Translations under genes and position numbers: made by a program | Notes under the pieces: model-generated | The model's input: the letters and a program-made list of their open reading frames with translations, nothing else | Told to the model about the DNA's origin: nothing | Database searches by the model: none | Assembly: GCF_035285525.1 (NCBI RefSeq) | Contig: NZ_JAYKGW010000034.1 | Location: forward strand, 1 to 28,545 | Direction: 5' to 3' | Source: Okeania sp. | Lineage (GTDB): Bacteria > Cyanobacteriota > Cyanobacteriia > Cyanobacteriales > Microcoleaceae | Length of the DNA: 28,545 nt | Shown here: positions 26,101-28,545 of the stretch, one piece after another | Layout: each line of letters opens with the position of its first letter | Position numbering within the stretch: position 1 is the stretch's first letter

Positions 26101-28365
26101 CTAATTAACATTAGTCAAACTTTGGAACTTACCAGTAAACCTATTAAAGAATAACTCTAAAACCGTCCGTTTACCAACATTAATATTAGAGTTAATTGCC
26201 ATACCATTCTGCAAACCAATTTCCAGGTCATTCTCGTGACCCAAAACAAAAGTTTGCCTTTCTAATTCAATTTTAGTTTCAAAAGAAAAATAAGCTCTTC
26301 CTTCTTCTTGACTTGGAGGAATAGCATCATTACTAATAAAAACAACCTCCCCTGTTGCAGTACCAAATTCATTAGCAGGTAAAGCTTCAACTTGTACTTC
26401 TACAGGTACACAGTCTACATCTTTTAAGCCTAACTTTTCCCGATTTTCTCTCAGTTCCGGACAAACACATTTCTTGCCCGGTTCACATTGAATAACCTCC
26501 CCACCAGCCAACTCTTGTTCGTGATAAAGTTCCAATTTTTTGCGTTTATCATTCAAAGCCTTTAACACCAAAGCAACATCTTTATTCTGAATATAAACGA
26601 CAGCTTCTAAACCTTCATCATCATCCAAAACTGTTAGTAAAGGTTGAGTTTGTTGCGCTTCAAAAGAAGCATCCTCACATCTTTGTGGTTGAATATCTCC
26701 TGGTTGCAAAACTTCTTTAATGACATATTGACAAATAGGGTCTGTATTTATATCTAGAGAAGACTCTTCTTTAGTTGTCGGTTGTAAATCAAAAATTACC
26801 CCAGAAACTGGGGATTTTAAAACTTGATTATCACGGGCTTCTTCTAACTTTTCTATCTGAGCATTAACCTCAGTTAGTCGCTTATTATTGTCTAGTTGTA
26901 AACGAGTAAATTGAGAATCTATTCTAGCAATTTCTCTACCTTCATTTTCGGCAGTTCTAGCATAAAGTTCTCTTGCCCAAGCATCTCTAGTATTTTTTAA
27001 TTGTTCCTTAGTTCTCCTAATAGATACAATTAAACGTTGTTGTTCTAACTTAGCTCTTTGAACTTCTGCTTCACGGGCTTTAACTTCTCCTGCCCTGGCA
27101 TTAATCTCAGCTTGCCGAGAATTAATTTCTCCTTTTCTAGAATTAATTTCTCCTTCTAAAGTATTAATATTTGCTAATTGAGAATTAACCTCTCCTTGTC
27201 TAGCATTAATATCAGCCAACCGAGAATTAATTTCTCCTTTTCTAGTATTAATTTCTCCTTTTCTAGAATTAATTTCTCCTAATCTGGTATTAATTTCTCC
27301 TGCCCTAGACTGTATCTGGTCTTGCTGTCTTAACATCTCACTCTCACCCCGAAACACTTCTTGTTCCTGACGTTTTTTTTGCAATTCAGCGATCGCTCCT
27401 TCTTCTACCAAAGGAGATATTTGCTCCAAAATTCCTTGGTTAGAATTTAACACCTTACCCGACTTTTCTAACTGCCCTTTAGCTAATTCTAATTGTTCCT
27501 TAGAATACTTTAATTGTTCTTGAGAATATTCTAATTGCGCCCTAGTATTATTCAATTGTTCCCTAGTATTATTAAGTTGTTCCCTAGCAAATTTTAGTTG
27601 TTCTTGTGCAGTTTTTAATTGGTCATTAGCATAAACTCGCTGTTGCTCAGTATTTCTTAATTGTTGTCTAGAAAACTCTAATTGTTGTCTAGAATATTGC
27701 AATTGGTCTTGGGCTACTCTTAACTGTTCTTTAGCAGCTTCCTCCTGTTCTTTTGCTTGTTCAAGTTGTTTTTCTAGCTCTCTGATTTGTAATTCTACAG
27801 TACCCACACGAGAATTATATTCAGCTTTATAATTGACATATAATCCTTGTAAACTTGGGTCAATATTGACAAAACCACCCCTGTTTAAATAAAGTTCATT
27901 AATTAGAGCGCGATAGGCTTGATTTTCTGATATTCTTGTTTGCCTTTCTTGAGCAAGTTTCTGTAAATCTGGTGGTAAATCTGTGGGAACTTTGCCATCC
28001 AATACTTCTTGGTAAAACTTGTTTTCTCTTTTAATAGTTTCTCTTAATTTTATGGCAGAACCTAAGTCTGCACTAGGAACAGTAGGATTAAAAGTTAATA
28101 ATGGTTGATTCTTTTCCACGCGATCGCCACTTTCTACATGAAGTCTAACCACATTCCCACTGGTAGGAGCTTGGACATCTATAGAACCATCCTTCAGTTC
28201 TAATTTACCTATTGCGGGTATAGCTTGGTCTATCTGAGCAAAATAAGCCCAAATTACTGCTGAACTGGTCATTAACATAATCATCCAGAGAAATAGTCTA
28301 GATAGTATGGCTGGTTTCTCTAGAATTACTGGTTGTTCGCTTAGTGATAGAGATTGGTCTTGCAT
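26101..28365 (-). CDS. HlyD-family membrane-fusion/periplasmic adaptor protein with a greatly extended repeat-built coiled-coil and a Cys-containing insert
   Basis: N-terminal TM LFLWMIMLMTSSAVIWAYF. First lipoyl half VQAPTSGNVVRLHVESGDRVEKNQPLLTF and second half LKSPVSGVIFDL. C-terminal beta-barrel/MP-like region. About 350 aa of coiled coil lie in between. Six Cys are found in the C-terminal third. Confidence 0.88.
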   Translation of the reverse strand: MQDQSLSLSEQPVILEKPAILSRLFLWMIMLMTSSAVIWAYFAQIDQAIPAIGKLELKDGSIDVQAPTSGNVVRLHVESGDRVEKNQPLLTFNPTVPSADLGSAIKLRETIKRENKFYQEVLDGKVPTDLPPDLQKLAQERQTRISENQAYRALINELYLNRGGFVNIDPSLQGLYVNYKAEYNSRVGTVELQIRELEKQLEQAKEQEEAAKEQLRVAQDQLQYSRQQLEFSRQQLRNTEQQRVYANDQLKTAQEQLKFAREQLNNTREQLNNTRAQLEYSQEQLKYSKEQLELAKGQLEKSGKVLNSNQGILEQISPLVEEGAIAELQKKRQEQEVFRGESEMLRQQDQIQSRAGEINTRLGEINSRKGEINTRKGEINSRLADINARQGEVNSQLANINTLEGEINSRKGEINSRQAEINARAGEVKAREAEVQRAKLEQQRLIVSIRRTKEQLKNTRDAWARELYARTAENEGREIARIDSQFTRLQLDNNKRLTEVNAQIEKLEEARDNQVLKSPVSGVIFDLQPTTKEESSLDINTDPICQYVIKEVLQPGDIQPQRCEDASFEAQQTQPLLTVLDDDEGLEAVVYIQNKDVALVLKALNDKRKKLELYHEQELAGGEVIQCEPGKKCVCPELRENREKLGLKDVDCVPVEVQVEALPANEFGTATGEVVFISNDAIPPSQEEGRAYFSFETKIELERQTFVLGHENDLEIGLQNGMAINSNINVGKRTVLELFFNRFTGKFQSLTNVN
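27058..27309 (-). repeat. 12 tandem 21-bp units encoding heptads (SRAGEIN TRLGEIN SRKGEIN TRKGEIN SRLADIN ARQGEVN SQLANIN TLEGEIN SRKGEIN SRQAEIN ARAGEVK AREAEVQ)
   Basis: Plus-strand units of the form attaatttctccttttctaga, several nearly identical, in frame with the HlyD CDS. Confidence 0.93.
27457..27729 (-). repeat. 13 tandem 21-bp units encoding heptads (EQLRVAQ DQLQYSR QQLEFSR QQLRNTE QQRVYAN DQLKTAQ EQLKFAR EQLNNTR EQLNNTR AQLEYSQ EQLKYSK EQLELAK GQLEKSG)
   Basis: The period-21 register was read in both the DNA and the protein, in frame with the HlyD CDS. Confidence 0.93.
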
Positions 28366-28415
28366 TTGATTATAATTTAGAATGTAGAATTTATAATTTA
28401 GAATTCTGACTCTTC

Positions 28416-28480
28416 AAAAAGAGGGCGGGTTTAGATAAATCTGAGATTAAACAGAGAAATTTCTGCTCAAACCCGCCCCT
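28416..28480 (-). terminator. GC-rich hairpin followed by U5 on the minus strand, ~50 nt upstream of the HlyD start. It is either the terminator of an upstream gene or an attenuator.
   Basis: Minus-strand RNA: aGGGGCGGGTTT (28480-28469), 36-nt loop, AAACCCGCCCtc (28432-21), then TTTTT (28420-16). A third complementary copy lies at 28511-28522. Confidence 0.4.
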
Positions 28481-28545
28481 ACATAATTATTAATTATCCA
28501 TTGAAACAGTAGGGGCGGGTTTCACAATACCGCTAACGGTTTTCA

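Noticed and set aside
27058-27729. Regular 21-bp tandem repeats that could superficially suggest a CRISPR-like or satellite array
   Set aside because: There are no unique spacers and the units are contiguous. They are in frame with the HlyD CDS and translate to clean heptads, so they are coding coiled-coil repeats.

Overview
This 28.5-kb low-GC chromosomal segment reads as cyanobacterial, most likely from a filamentous Nostocales-type genome. That inference rests on 12 copies of the HIP1 octamer GCGATCGC counted by eye, heptamer STRR-like tandem repeats right after several stop codons, and long repeat-filled spacers. From left to right the window holds: (1) the 5' ~1 kb of a minus-strand group II intron, with the N-terminus of its reverse transcriptase/maturase, inserted in-frame into the 3' end of an SDR oxidoreductase gene; (2) rimO, then a 1.2-kb repeat-laden spacer containing a TIR-bounded element with a ~80-bp (TG)n microsatellite, then a DEAD-box RNA helicase, which matches the rimO-crhR arrangement known from Synechocystis; (3) a minus-strand run of an ABC1/UbiB-family kinase, a small coiled-coil protein and a Hanks-type Ser/Thr kinase; (4) a WecB/TagA/CpsF glycosyltransferase; (5) a 582-aa coiled-coil protein; (6) a ~10-kb co-directional envelope-glycan cluster made of a polytopic GT-C-like membrane protein, a decayed IS200-type element, a Zn-ribbon SAM methyltransferase, rfbC, rfbD, a type II thioesterase, a second paralogous membrane protein and a GtrB/ArnC-like polyprenyl-phosphate GT2; (7) a convergent 754-aa HlyD-family adaptor whose coiled-coil hairpin is built from two matched arrays of 21-bp (heptad) repeats. 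I recognised no rRNA, tRNA or CRISPR array. The best candidates for something undescribed are the glycan cluster (two divergent GT-C-like paralogues, a GtrB-like enzyme, RmlCD without RmlAB, and an orphan thioesterase) and the giant repeat-expanded HlyD adaptor next to it. All family calls rest on motifs read from the translations. No database search was possible.
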